A stretch of DNA of 64,000 nucleotides, taken from assembly GCF_000024405.1 (NCBI RefSeq), contig NC_013517.1, positions 2,757,989-2,821,988 on the forward strand. Reading direction: 5' to 3'. The notes under the pieces are model-generated. The model was not told the DNA's origin. It saw only the letters and a program-made list of their open reading frames with translations, and searched no databases. Of the stretch, positions 40,076-50,215 are shown piece after piece. Numbering within the stretch: position 1 is the first letter of the stretch; every line of letters begins with the position of its first letter. Both the position numbers and the translations under genes were made by a program. The stretch is from Sebaldella termitidis ATCC 33386. Lineage in GTDB: Bacteria; Fusobacteriota; Fusobacteriia; Fusobacteriales; Leptotrichiaceae.

Positions 40076-41467
40076 CTATTTCAAAATCTCTCCTATTATT
40101 TCCTGAACCTTTTTATCTGCCTCTTCCTTGGCTGCAGTCAAAACATCCTTTTTGCTTTCCTGCTGTATGTTTTTTAATGAGTCTATCAAATCCTGAGAAG
40201 CTTTTTTCTTGGTAACTTTTACATTAACATAGCTTCCTACACTTATCAGTGTATTTTTTCCTTTATTATTTACAGCTATTCTCACAGAATTCATACCTTT
40301 TTCAGGTATAGGCTTTGTACTGACTATTACTCCTTCATATTCTTTGTTATCCACACTGCTGGTAAGTTTCACAATACTTCCACTTCCTGCCTTACCGAGC
40401 TCCTTATCAGGAATCATAACATCAGTATGAAGATAGCTTGAATTTACTGTTTTAAATAATTCCTGTCCCGAAACTACATCCTGTCCCTGAGTCACATATA
40501 ATTCAGTAGTTACACCTGAATTCACGGCAAATATTTTTGTACTTTCATAATTGATGTAAGCTTCTTTGTACTTTTCTATTGCAGCCAGTACTTCAGCAGA
40601 AGCCAGTACTTTTTCCTTTTCTACGGGAACTGATTTTTTACCTGTAACTTTGGTGTTTACTACCTTAGTTTCGGTTACTACAGCAGGAGGTGCATTTTTC
40701 TCTCTTTCTCTCGCTCTGTTTATTTCAGCAAGACTCTGTTCATATTCTACTTTGCTTATCAAGCCTGCATTATAGGCCTCTCTGTCACTTTTAAATTTTT
40801 CTTCAGCTGCAAGTATTTCTTTGGAATATGTTTTTTTTCCTGAAGCCGGCACTACTGTCTTCTTCGTAGTAACAGGCACTGCTTTCACTTCTTCTGTTGT
40901 TACTTCTGTATATGCATTCCTTGCCAATGCTCCGCGCAATTCTTTTTCCGCTTTATCAAGCTCGGTTTTATATTCAGGATTCTCCAGAGTAATCAAAAGC
41001 TCTCCCTGTTTTACCGGAGTTCCTTTTCCCAGATTCATTTCTGTTATTCTTCCGTTAATCTGTGAAGTAACAGTTTTTTCATCTCCGAGTATGGTTCCTT
41101 TTATTTCCTTTGTCTCTGCCTTGGTAAATTTAGGCATATTAATAGATATCTTATCTCTGAAATAATAAATTCCGCCCCCAGCTGCTCCGATAATAAGAAA
41201 AAACAGTGCTGCAAAAAGTAATTTTCTAATATCACCTTTATATTCCTGATGATTTCTCCGCTGATAGTCATCTATATCTTTTTTTCCCATAGTGAGGGGA
41301 CTGTTTAAATTCTTCGGAACATTTATATTCAAATCTGCTTTTTCAGCTTCAGGTTCTATATATTTTTGTTCTGTTTGCCGACTAATTTCGCCGAAGTATT
41401 TTGTCCTGTCTTCAGCTATTATTTCTACCCTGTTTATACTGCTTTTTTTATTTTTTGCCGGTTCCAT
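40076..41467 (-). CDS. HlyD-family periplasmic adaptor (membrane fusion protein) with long coiled-coil and K/T/V-rich low-complexity insert
   Basis: Cytoplasmic N-terminus, single TM, biotinyl-lipoyl-like ..NGRITEMNLGKGTPVKQGELLITLE. 20-nt overlap with the upstream tolC-like gene. Confidence 0.7.
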   Translation of the reverse strand: MEPAKNKKSSINRVEIIAEDRTKYFGEISRQTEQKYIEPEAEKADLNINVPKNLNSPLTMGKKDIDDYQRRNHQEYKGDIRKLLFAALFFLIIGAAGGGIYYFRDKISINMPKFTKAETKEIKGTILGDEKTVTSQINGRITEMNLGKGTPVKQGELLITLENPEYKTELDKAEKELRGALARNAYTEVTTEEVKAVPVTTKKTVVPASGKKTYSKEILAAEEKFKSDREAYNAGLISKVEYEQSLAEINRAREREKNAPPAVVTETKVVNTKVTGKKSVPVEKEKVLASAEVLAAIEKYKEAYINYESTKIFAVNSGVTTELYVTQGQDVVSGQELFKTVNSSYLHTDVMIPDKELGKAGSGSIVKLTSSVDNKEYEGVIVSTKPIPEKGMNSVRIAVNNKGKNTLISVGSYVNVKVTKKKASQDLIDSLKNIQQESKKDVLTAAKEEADKKVQEIIGEILK

Positions 41468-42833
41468 TCTGACCTCCTAAATTATAGATAAAATCTACTT
41501 CACTGATAAATGATTTAAAACCGAGCTGTATGTTGCTTAATTCCTGTGTCAGATAATTGTACTGAATATTATAATAATCATATTTTGATACCATTCCTGC
41601 ATCCAGCTTATTTTTTTTATCTGCTAAAATACCTTTCTGCTCTTCAAAAGCTTTATCATCATTTACCAGAGCCGAATAGTCTGTCTTAGCATTGCCAAGA
41701 GCGGTATTTACCTCATTATATGAATTTAATATTGCACTATTGTACTGTGTTATTGTCTTTAGCAGACCGGCAGCCGGTTTTTGATCAAAAAAGTTATTTT
41801 CTTCATATCTCTGAAAATAAAGACTGTCAGTTATTTTTTCTCTTTTGGCTGTCTGCTCATATGAAGTTATATCCTCACTATCACCTGTAATCCAGAAATT
41901 ATCATATCCCGGTGCAGTATATGAATACAGGCTGTCTCTTTCCGCTTTTATTATCATAAGATAAAAGCCTGCATCAATTCTGTCTTTTATACTGTCTGAC
42001 GGTACTCTGTCAGGTCTTCTTATCTTTTTGTATATTCCAGTATCTGGATTATTTTTTATACCTGCTGTGATATTTTTTACATCCTGTTTATTGCCGCCCA
42101 AAAGAATCTCCATGCTTCTTTCCGTTGTTTTTTTATTTGAAGCATTTTCCAAAAGCTGATTTTCAAGCTTTATTTTTAAATTCTGGACATTTATAAGACT
42201 TTCACCGTCACCGCGTTTCAGACTGAGCTTTATTTCCTCGAGCTTTTCCAGCTCTGCAAGAATGTCCAGTCTTTCTTTGATATTTTTTTCTTCATTTTCA
42301 AGGTATATATAATATCCGTATAATTTTGCCGCAAGCATAGAAACACTGCTTGATGCCCATTTTGCTTCAAGCTCGAGTACTTCCAGCTCAGAATTTTTAT
42401 TTGAAGTCATGGCATCCAGCCTGTTTATTAGATCTGCAGGATAAATCAGCCTGATTTTCAGACTGTCAGGCCCGTAAAAATTTCCGGAAACCAGTCTTAC
42501 TTCATTAGTTTTTCTGTTTATTCTCTCAGTTTTATCCGTACTTTCTTCTGATTTTGTCCTGCTGCTGCTGTTTTGTATATCAGACATTTTCTTCTGCATT
42601 GTTTTTGCATTTGTACTTGCAGTAAATGCATTGCCTATAAAATTATTAAGCGCCTCGTCATTATACCCCAGCCACCACTTGTTTGTATATCCGTATAATA
42701 GTTTATAATTAATCTTCGCATCTTTTTTAGCCTGGTCTATTATATTTTTATAGTCCTGGCTCAAATTATTTGTTTTATTGGAAAACGATACTATACCAGT
42801 AAAGATCAATAAAACCAGAATCTTGTTTTTCAA
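41448..42833 (-). CDS. TolC-family outer-membrane efflux protein
   Basis: Signal peptide. Two-fold repeat of coiled-coil/beta segments. ~460 aa. Confidence 0.65.
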   Translation of the reverse strand: MKNKILVLLIFTGIVSFSNKTNNLSQDYKNIIDQAKKDAKINYKLLYGYTNKWWLGYNDEALNNFIGNAFTASTNAKTMQKKMSDIQNSSSRTKSEESTDKTERINRKTNEVRLVSGNFYGPDSLKIRLIYPADLINRLDAMTSNKNSELEVLELEAKWASSSVSMLAAKLYGYYIYLENEEKNIKERLDILAELEKLEEIKLSLKRGDGESLINVQNLKIKLENQLLENASNKKTTERSMEILLGGNKQDVKNITAGIKNNPDTGIYKKIRRPDRVPSDSIKDRIDAGFYLMIIKAERDSLYSYTAPGYDNFWITGDSEDITSYEQTAKREKITDSLYFQRYEENNFFDQKPAAGLLKTITQYNSAILNSYNEVNTALGNAKTDYSALVNDDKAFEEQKGILADKKNKLDAGMVSKYDYYNIQYNYLTQELSNIQLGFKSFISEVDFIYNLGGQNGTGKK

Positions 42834-43117
42834 TATTTACCCTCCTAGAATTCTGTCTGAATTATATTTAAAATAACTAATATCTGTTATTTATAAAAGC
42901 CTTATTTAGTATTACTCCGGTATTCAGTCCTGAAAATATTAATATATTTAAATTTACATTTCATATAAAAATAAATTTTAGATATATTAACCACCTTCAC
43001 TGCTTATTATACTAAAAGTAATGTGTTGGTGTCAATTATATGAATACCGAATTATAAAAAAAGAAAAATGCTCCTGCAATTATGTTATTTTACCTGTCTG
43101 CAGGAGCAATCAAAAAT

Positions 43118-44617
43118 CTATTTACGGGAAAATATTTTCCCCAGTTCTTCCAGTATGTTGCCATTTCCGCTTATTTCTATATTCCCTATTTTTTCCACTA
43201 TCTTTTCTATATATTCCATTTCTTTCAGTCTGTATAAAGTTTTATTTTCCTCCATTACCTTTGCAGTATTAAGAAGACTTCTTGTAGATGCTGTTTCTTC
43301 CCTTCTTTTTATGGTATTTGCCAATGCACTTTTTTCTGCTATAAGAACTGTATTCAGAATTTCCTTTATATCTCCCGGAAGAATTATATCCTTTATTCCT
43401 GCTTCCAAAAATTCTACGCCGTATTTTTCTTCTTCTTTTTTTATTCTTTCCAGAACAAATTCTGCTATCTCGTTTTTACTTTCCAAAAGCTGCTCCAGAT
43501 TCTGCATTCCTACATATTCCCTTAATACTATCTGCAAAAGTATATAAATCTGATTTTCCAGATTATTTATCTTTTTATAATTTTTCAAAGGGTCTGTAAC
43601 TCTATATTGGGTAACAAAATTCAGTCTTAATGTTATCTTGTCTTTTGTAAGAATTTCCTGCCCCTGTAAATCTGTTTGTTTCAAACGCAAATCTACATTT
43701 ATCAGTTCTTTTTTGTCAGTACCATTCCAAAAATAATAAATTCCCGGTGTCAGAGTCTTTTCATACTGGCTGTTCTTTATCAAAAGCCCTGCTTCATAAT
43801 CCTTTATATCAAATTTAGAATATGTACCTGTTAATTTTTCCAGTATGTTATGATATTTCTTGTCAATCTCGCCGTCCATATTCATATCTATAATATCAAA
43901 TTCATTTTTTTCCAGTTTATTCCAGAACAGATATTCCCCTGTGAGGTATTTCCCTTTATAAATACCGTTTTGTGACCATATCAAAAGCTCTTTTTCCTTT
44001 ACCTTTTTTATATCAAAACTATCTATAAGTTCTGGATTTTTATCAAACATCTTTTTCATTGTATTATTATATACAATAGGTGTTCTCAGATCAAATTTTG
44101 TAAAGCTGTTTCTGTAATATTTTTTTGATACCGCATACTCCCCTTCAAAAAATACATCATCAAATACACCGTTTTTGTAATAAAGTACCATATTATAGTC
44201 CTCTACTTCTACAGTATCGAAAGATGAATTCAAAGTCCACTGAGAAAATACATTTTTTAATTTGGTATCTATTTTAAACAGCTGTGTTAAGTCCAGTTTT
44301 CTAAAACTGTTCTCGCCGAGTACTTTCCAGAATGCATATTTTCCCTGATAGTATGCCCCGGAAAATTTATTATCCCTGTAATATAAAAGAAGCTCGTGTT
44401 CATCTACTTCTATTACATCCAGTTCTTCTTTCAGCTTTTCATTTTTTAATAAAATATCAAGTTTTTTTTCTGATTTCAGCTGTCCCTCACATTCATGCAC
44501 ATCAAAAATTTTATTAAAAAAACCAAAATTATTATAAGTTCCTTCTTTTAGATAATCTACAAGTTTTCCCTCTTTAAAAACCAAGGCTCTCTGTCCTTCA
44601 TTTATTACATACTTCAT
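43118..44617 (-). CDS. SPFH/band-7 domain protein with repeated N-terminal extension (paralog of 31218-32783, lacks the acidic tail)
   Basis: ..ILTKDKITLRLNFVTQYRVTDPLKNYKKINNLENQIYILLQIVLREYVG.. Confidence 0.7.
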   Translation of the reverse strand: MKYVINEGQRALVFKEGKLVDYLKEGTYNNFGFFNKIFDVHECEGQLKSEKKLDILLKNEKLKEELDVIEVDEHELLLYYRDNKFSGAYYQGKYAFWKVLGENSFRKLDLTQLFKIDTKLKNVFSQWTLNSSFDTVEVEDYNMVLYYKNGVFDDVFFEGEYAVSKKYYRNSFTKFDLRTPIVYNNTMKKMFDKNPELIDSFDIKKVKEKELLIWSQNGIYKGKYLTGEYLFWNKLEKNEFDIIDMNMDGEIDKKYHNILEKLTGTYSKFDIKDYEAGLLIKNSQYEKTLTPGIYYFWNGTDKKELINVDLRLKQTDLQGQEILTKDKITLRLNFVTQYRVTDPLKNYKKINNLENQIYILLQIVLREYVGMQNLEQLLESKNEIAEFVLERIKKEEEKYGVEFLEAGIKDIILPGDIKEILNTVLIAEKSALANTIKRREETASTRSLLNTAKVMEENKTLYRLKEMEYIEKIVEKIGNIEISGNGNILEELGKIFSRK

Positions 44618-44693
44618 AATTCCTCCTTTTTTTCAGGCATTGTCGGGAAAATTCCCACTCTGCCGCATAAATGGAATCCGGCTTAAGTCTTAC

Positions 44694-44723
44694 TTGTCTT
44701 TATATGTAAAAAAACAGTATTAT
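44694..44723 (+). promoter_or_regulatory. sigma70-like promoter TTGTCT-18-TATTAT driving transcription into the 44.73-45.03 kb intergenic region
   Basis: Seen directly. No annotated CDS with an RBS downstream. Confidence 0.35.
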
Positions 44724-45033
44724 TATAAAAGATTTATATCAGGTACCTATAAATAATATTATAAAATACGGATAATTTAGATAAAAAGATCTGTAACACG
44801 GTATCTGCCGGCTTGCAAAATTTTTGCAGCAGCATAAATGCAGTGCATTTATACGGGATTTTTCCCTGAATACCTATTTTCTTTCTTTTTTACATATCCA
44901 ATGTGACAGATTGGCTGTTTTTCGCACTTTTGATCCCGAGTCAAACGCGTATTTGAAGTTGGATGCTCTTGCCGACGAGCTATCGGAATGCCCCGCATTC
45001 CGTATTGGATTTGAACCAAACCTTCCAATTCTA

Positions 45034-45066
45034 TGGTGGAATAAATTAGATTCGAACTAATAATGC
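45034..45066 (-). other. tRNA 3'-end-like fragment (T-arm ATTAG-TTCGAAT-CTAAT, then 7-nt acceptor strand, A, CCA) without a complete cloverleaf
   Basis: Minus strand ..ATTAGTTCGAATCTAATTTATTCCACCA. Upstream sequence does not fold into D/anticodon arms. Confidence 0.4.
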
Positions 45067-45355
45067 CAGAACTTTTCTTATTACTTTAGATACTTTAGAA
45101 TAGTATTCCAAGCACGGGATCATAAAAAAATATGATCCTCGCATAATAATACTTTGTTCGTTTACTGGTGTTTTCCCATTAAACTATTATCCCATATTCC
45201 TAAAGGATATCATTTTATTATTGGATTGTAAATAATTTTTAAAATAAATCAAATAATTTTATTTGCTTTTTTTATATTTTCAGAAAGTTTTCAGTTTTTT
45301 AATATCTAATTTATGGTATAATTAGTTATAATAAAAAAACTTTTGGAGGTTTGTT

Positions 45356-46114
45356 TTGAAAAAAGCCGTGATTCTTCTTATGTTTATTTCATTTTTTGTA
45401 TATTCAAAAGAAAATTTCGTAAAAATTGGTTTAGGTGGTTTTTTTAGAAAAGATATATATAATTTTGAGGATAAATATCAGTTTTACCCTGTTCCTGCAG
45501 TGGCCCTGCAATATGAAAGTTTTTATTTTATAGCTCCTTTGGAAGCAGGATATCATTTTTATCAGAATGAAGATTTAAGACTTACTGTTTATGGAAGATA
45601 TAATTTATTTACAGGTTATGATTCTGATGATTTCAAAGATCCTCTCAAGAATATGGATGACAGAAAAGACGATCTTCATGTAGGTTTAAGAGGAAGATTT
45701 TTTCTGGGTCCTACGAAACTTACATTTACCGGCTTTATCTCGGCAGATGTTCTGAGCGAGAGCAACGGAACCCTTGCAGGTCTTGAAGTAGCACAGCCTG
45801 TTCCGCTTGGAAAGAAAACTCTCATGGCTCCTTTTATAAATATGCAGTATCTCAGCCAAAATTACACTGACTATTATTTCGGAATAACAGACAGTGAATC
45901 AGCAAAACTAATAAATACAGACCCTTATACACCCGGCAGCTCTTATAAAATAGCTACAGGTATAAAAGGATACTCTAATATCACAGATAATATAGAATTG
46001 GTATTTTCAGGAGAATATAATCAATATTCCAGTGAAGTATCAGACAGTCTGCTTACCAGAGGCAGCAGCAACTTTTCCCTTCTGTTCGGTCTGAACTATA
46101 AATTTGGTTTTTAA
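45356..46114 (+). CDS. mipA: MipA/OmpV-family outer-membrane protein
   Basis: Signal peptide. ~250 aa with beta-strand alternation. Ends ..GLNYKFGF. Confidence 0.65.
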   Translation: MKKAVILLMFISFFVYSKENFVKIGLGGFFRKDIYNFEDKYQFYPVPAVALQYESFYFIAPLEAGYHFYQNEDLRLTVYGRYNLFTGYDSDDFKDPLKNMDDRKDDLHVGLRGRFFLGPTKLTFTGFISADVLSESNGTLAGLEVAQPVPLGKKTLMAPFINMQYLSQNYTDYYFGITDSESAKLINTDPYTPGSSYKIATGIKGYSNITDNIELVFSGEYNQYSSEVSDSLLTRGSSNFSLLFGLNYKFGF

Positions 46115-46156
46115 TTAATCATAAGTAAAACATAAAAATAAAAATTTTATAAATAA

Positions 46157-46200
46157 AATGAGGGTTTCCTTATGGAAAATACCCTCATTTTTTATTTTTA
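46157..46200. terminator. bidirectional rho-independent terminator
   Basis: atgagggt-loop-accctcat followed by TTTTTTATTTTT. Confidence 0.75.
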
Positions 46201-46220
46201 AAATTTTTCAATTATTTTAT

Positions 46221-46844
46221 CTAGCTAAAGACGTGATAAACTCTCTCTTCCTTTATTTCAGTTTCTCCTCCGTGTCCCGGATAAACCACTATATCACCGT
46301 CCAGCTTTAATATTTTACTTATAGATTCTCTTAATGCCGAAAGGCTTCCTGTGGGGAAATCTGTTCTCCCGTATGTCATTTTGAAAATAGTATCTCCGGA
46401 AAATAAGAATTTCTCCTCTCTGTTCAGATAACATACACCGCCTTGAGAATGCCCCGGAGTGGCAATAACTTCAAGCCCGCATACCTTATCTCCTTCATTG
46501 ACACCTATTACTTCTACATTTTTGGAAAGCTTAAAATCAAGATCATACCATAAAGATAACGATAATGTAGAATCATATAAGAATTCTATATCTTTTTCCC
46601 CTATATAAACAGGTACTTTTTTATAATCAATTATATCAGGAATCCCTATTATATGATCGTAATGCCCGTGTGTAAGCAGTATTCCGGTCAGATTAAGGTC
46701 ATTTTCTTTCATATATGAAATTATTTTCTTCATTTTCAGGCTTCCCGGATCTATCATACAGCAGTTTTTATCTTCGTCGATAACTAAATAAGTATTTCCC
46801 TGTGTATCCATATTTACAAAAAGTTTAATTTCCACTATCATCAC
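46221..46844 (-). CDS. MBL-fold metallo-hydrolase (glyoxalase II-like)
   Basis: THGHYDH zinc-binding motif. Confidence 0.75.
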   Translation of the reverse strand: MMIVEIKLFVNMDTQGNTYLVIDEDKNCCMIDPGSLKMKKIISYMKENDLNLTGILLTHGHYDHIIGIPDIIDYKKVPVYIGEKDIEFLYDSTLSLSLWYDLDFKLSKNVEVIGVNEGDKVCGLEVIATPGHSQGGVCYLNREEKFLFSGDTIFKMTYGRTDFPTGSLSALRESISKILKLDGDIVVYPGHGGETEIKEERVYHVFS

Positions 46845-47667
46845 TCTCTTTCTTGCCGATATATATATCCATTTGAGGAAATGGAATTTCTATATTATGT
46901 TCATCAAATTTTATTTTTATTCCTTCATTTAAGTCATATTTTACAGTACCATAGTCTTCATTCTTTACATATACATATACAACAAAATTTAATGCAGAAT
47001 CACCCATTTCACCCAGTCTCGCAACAGGCTCAGGACTTTTCAGAATCTTGGGATGACCGGCTATAATTTCATCCAGAATTTTTTTTACCTGACGTATATC
47101 GCTTTTATATCCTACTCCATATGTCAGATCAAGTCTTCTTACTTTATTTTTTGATAAATTTCTTATTACATTATTTGTAATTATCCCGTTAGGAATAATT
47201 ACCAATTCATTCTGAAAATTTTTCATTCTTGTATAAAATAATTCTATCGCTACTATTTCACCGATATATTTTCCGTATTCCACCACATGTCCCACTTTAA
47301 AAGGCTTAAATACAAGAATCATCAGTCCGCCGCAAAAATTCCCGAGCGTTTCCTTAAAGGCGAATCCCAGAACAATACCGAGAGCTCCCAGCAATGTTGT
47401 TATTGATGAAAGATCTATACCTAATATATCTATAATTATATAAAATAAAATCACATAATATATAAGCGAGTAAACCGATTTTATAAAACTTGATATACTT
47501 CTCTCCATATGGGTTCTTTCCAAAAATCTGTTAACTGCTTTATCAATATAGCTTTTCCCGTATCTTCCCACATAATATACAGTCAGTGCTATTATTATAT
47601 TCAAACCGTGTTTTTCAAATATTGCCAAAAGATTATCCAGTGTGAGTTGCTTAATATCAAATTTCAT
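46825..47667 (-). CDS. mscS: small-conductance mechanosensitive channel (MscS family)
   Basis: Three TM helices plus ..FKPFKVGHVVE..GEIVAIELFYTRMK.. beta-domain. Confidence 0.8.
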   Translation of the reverse strand: MKFDIKQLTLDNLLAIFEKHGLNIIIALTVYYVGRYGKSYIDKAVNRFLERTHMERSISSFIKSVYSLIYYVILFYIIIDILGIDLSSITTLLGALGIVLGFAFKETLGNFCGGLMILVFKPFKVGHVVEYGKYIGEIVAIELFYTRMKNFQNELVIIPNGIITNNVIRNLSKNKVRRLDLTYGVGYKSDIRQVKKILDEIIAGHPKILKSPEPVARLGEMGDSALNFVVYVYVKNEDYGTVKYDLNEGIKIKFDEHNIEIPFPQMDIYIGKKESDDSGN

Positions 47668-47687
47668 ACTCTGCTCTCCTTTTTATT

Positions 47688-48788
47688 CTAAACATTAAAT
47701 CTGAAATACATCACATCTCCGTCATTTACTATGTATTCCTTACCTTCCAGTCTCATTGTTCCTTTTTCCTTTGACCCCTGCCAACCGTTATTCTCTATAA
47801 ATTTATCATATGCCACTACTTCTGCCCTGATAAATCCTCTTTGTATATCTGTATGGATCTCCCCGGCGGAATTTTGTGCATTAGTTCCCTGTCTTACCGT
47901 CCATGCTCTTACTTCTTTCTCGCCTGCGGTAAAATATGTAATTAATCCCAAAAGCTTAAACCCTGCTCTGATAAGTCTGTTCAGACTTGGTTCTGTTATC
48001 CCCAGCTCATCTATAAATTCCTGTCTTTCTTCCTCATCCTCTATTTCTATAAGCTCTGCCTCCACTTTTGCGGAAAAAACGACTACTTCGCTGTCATACT
48101 GTTTTGCAAATTCTCTTACTATTTCCACATATTCATTTGTTCCTTTTGCCAGATCTTCTTCAGATACGTTGGCAGCAAACATCATAGGCTTTTTTGTAAG
48201 CAGCTGGTATGTCTTCAGAAGTTCTTCTTCGATTTCGCTGAATTCAAAATTTTTCAACAGTCTGAATTCTTCCAGTTCTTTTTTGCATTTTTCCAAAACA
48301 GTCAGCAGTGTTTTGGCTTCGTTATTACCGCCTCTTGCCAGCTTTGTATTTTTCTGCATGGCTCTTTCCACTGTATCCAAATCTGCAAAAATAAGCTCTG
48401 CATTAATAGTTTCTATATCTCTTATAGGATCTACCGACCCTTCCACATGCACAATATTAGGATCATCAAAACATCTTACTACCTGACATATTGCAGCTGT
48501 ATTTCTTATGTTTGTCAAAAACTGGTTTCCCAGTCCTTCCCCTTTTGAAGCTCCTTTTACAAGCCCTGCTATATCTATAAACTCTACTGTTGCCCCTAGA
48601 GTTCTCTGAGGATTTATTATCTTTGCCAGCTCTTCCAGTCTGCTGTCAGGCACGCTTACCATACCTATATTGGGTTCTATTGTTGCAAAGGGATAATTTG
48701 CCGCTTCAGCATTCTGTGTTTTCGTAATTGCATTAAATAAAGTAGACTTTCCTACATTTGGAAGTCCTACTATTCCTATTCCTATCAT
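47688..48788 (-). CDS. ychF: ribosome-binding ATPase YchF
   Basis: IGIVGLPNVGKSTLFNAIT G1 motif. C-terminal TGS domain. Confidence 0.9.
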   Translation of the reverse strand: MIGIGIVGLPNVGKSTLFNAITKTQNAEAANYPFATIEPNIGMVSVPDSRLEELAKIINPQRTLGATVEFIDIAGLVKGASKGEGLGNQFLTNIRNTAAICQVVRCFDDPNIVHVEGSVDPIRDIETINAELIFADLDTVERAMQKNTKLARGGNNEAKTLLTVLEKCKKELEEFRLLKNFEFSEIEEELLKTYQLLTKKPMMFAANVSEEDLAKGTNEYVEIVREFAKQYDSEVVVFSAKVEAELIEIEDEEERQEFIDELGITEPSLNRLIRAGFKLLGLITYFTAGEKEVRAWTVRQGTNAQNSAGEIHTDIQRGFIRAEVVAYDKFIENNGWQGSKEKGTMRLEGKEYIVNDGDVMYFRFNV

Positions 48789-48878
48789 TTTCTTTATTCT
48801 CCTTCTGGTATTTAGTTTTCTATAGATACTGGCGGGACCTGTATCTTAATTTAATTGATTTTATTATCGCTTTTTACT

Positions 48879-49433
48879 TCAAGAATCTAATATATTATTT
48901 AGTTTCTCTAATATCTTTACTAACTGCCATTTTTCTTTGTCAGTAGCCTTAAATAAATACATAAGATCATAGACAGGCAGTATTCTTATTCCTCCCGCAT
49001 AAGGAAATTCTTTCCCCACAATATCTCTCATATCGTTAAAATCCTCTTTTATAAACTGTCTTGTTACCAATTCTCCTACTGTTACTATAATTTTTGGATT
49101 TACAAGTGCTATCTGCGTAAGCAGGTATTCCTCACATGCTTTTATTATCCTCTTTTCGGCAAGCTCTCCCTTGGCAGTACATTTAAAAAGATTCGTCATA
49201 TATACCTTATCGGTATCAAATTTTGAAAACTCCAAAAACTTTAGAAAATACTCTCCTTTTTTATCTATAAGGAGTATTCCTCTGTTATCTTCCTGTTCGC
49301 TTATCTGATCCAGTACAAACATTACCTTGCTTGTTTTGTCCCCTTTTCCCAGTATGGGATTGCTTCTCACTTTTTCAAGAGGACATTTATGGCATATATT
49401 TATCTCCATTTCCAGTTCATCCCAAATATTCAT
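48879..49433 (-). CDS. uracil-DNA glycosylase-superfamily protein (family 4/5-like)
   Basis: N-terminal C..C motif (CHKCPL) and UDG-like core. Assignment approximate. Confidence 0.5.
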   Translation of the reverse strand: MNIWDELEMEINICHKCPLEKVRSNPILGKGDKTSKVMFVLDQISEQEDNRGILLIDKKGEYFLKFLEFSKFDTDKVYMTNLFKCTAKGELAEKRIIKACEEYLLTQIALVNPKIIVTVGELVTRQFIKEDFNDMRDIVGKEFPYAGGIRILPVYDLMYLFKATDKEKWQLVKILEKLNNILDS

Positions 49434-50215
49434 TATAATACCTCATATATCAGCGTTGCTTTCTCTGTAACTACTTCCAGCTCCACATTGATTTTTTCCC
49501 TGTCCAAAAGTTCTTTTACTGTGTTATAAGCCAGCTCCGGAGTATTATTATCCCCGCTTATATGAAGCAGGTATACTTTTTTCAGTCTGCTTGTTGCCAC
49601 TTCCATGATTAATTTAGCGGCCTCCCCGTTTGATAAATGACCGTTTTTACTCTTTACCCTGTTTTTCAGATTCCAGTGATACGGTCCGTTCATCAGCATA
49701 TTCAGGTCATAATTACTCTCAAGCACTATAACATCACTATTTTTAAAATTTTCCTTTACTACTTTGTCAGCAAATCCTATATCACTGGCATAAGTAAGTT
49801 TTTTACTGTTGTATTCAAACGAAAAACCCAGACATCTTTCCGCATCATGCATTACATCAAAGCTCTTTACGAAGCATTCCCCGAATATCAGATCCTGCTC
49901 TATAAAATTAAGGTTTTTATCTTCTATTTTCCCTATCTTTTCTTTGATCGAATAATAACTCTGTCTGGAAATATATATCGGCAGATCGTGTTTTCTGCTG
50001 AGTACTCCCAGTCCCTGAATATGATCGCTGTGTTCGTGTGTTATTAGTATACCGTTTATATCGCTTATATTTTTATTTATTGACTCCAGCTTTTCTATTG
50101 TTTTTTTCCCGCTGAAACCCGCATCAATCAAAAATCTCTTGTTTCCCATCTCTATAAAACTGGAATTGCCGCTGCTGCTGCTTCCTAATACTGAAAATTT
50201 CATTCTATTCCTCAC
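49433..50215 (-). CDS. MBL-fold metallo-hydrolase (YycJ/WalJ-like)
   Basis: ..ILITHEHSDHIQG.. motif. Confidence 0.75.
   Translation of the reverse strand: MRNRMKFSVLGSSSSGNSSFIEMGNKRFLIDAGFSGKKTIEKLESINKNISDINGILITHEHSDHIQGLGVLSRKHDLPIYISRQSYYSIKEKIGKIEDKNLNFIEQDLIFGECFVKSFDVMHDAERCLGFSFEYNSKKLTYASDIGFADKVVKENFKNSDVIVLESNYDLNMLMNGPYHWNLKNRVKSKNGHLSNGEAAKLIMEVATSRLKKVYLLHISGDNNTPELAYNTVKELLDREKINVELEVVTEKATLIYEVL

Noticed and set aside
44668-44682. 15-mer GGAATCCGGCTTAAG resembling the RNase P RNA P4 3' strand (AGAACCCGGCUUA)
   Set aside because: A full RNase P RNA would have to overlap the SPFH CDS, and no matching 5' P4 strand (GGAAAGUCCGG) is present. A 12-mer with one mismatch is expected by chance at roughly 0.3 per window.
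45034-45400. tmRNA hypothesis for the tRNA-like T-arm/acceptor/CCA at 45034-45066 on the minus strand
   Set aside because: A tmRNA 5' end would fall inside the mipA CDS, and no GGGG...GGAUUCGAC 5' module is present. The 76 nt upstream also fail to fold as a canonical tRNA. Retained only as a tRNA 3'-fragment/att-like remnant.
47731-48486. 251-aa plus-strand ORF antisense to ychF
   Set aside because: Overlaps a highly conserved gene on the opposite strand. Serine-rich low complexity. No start context.
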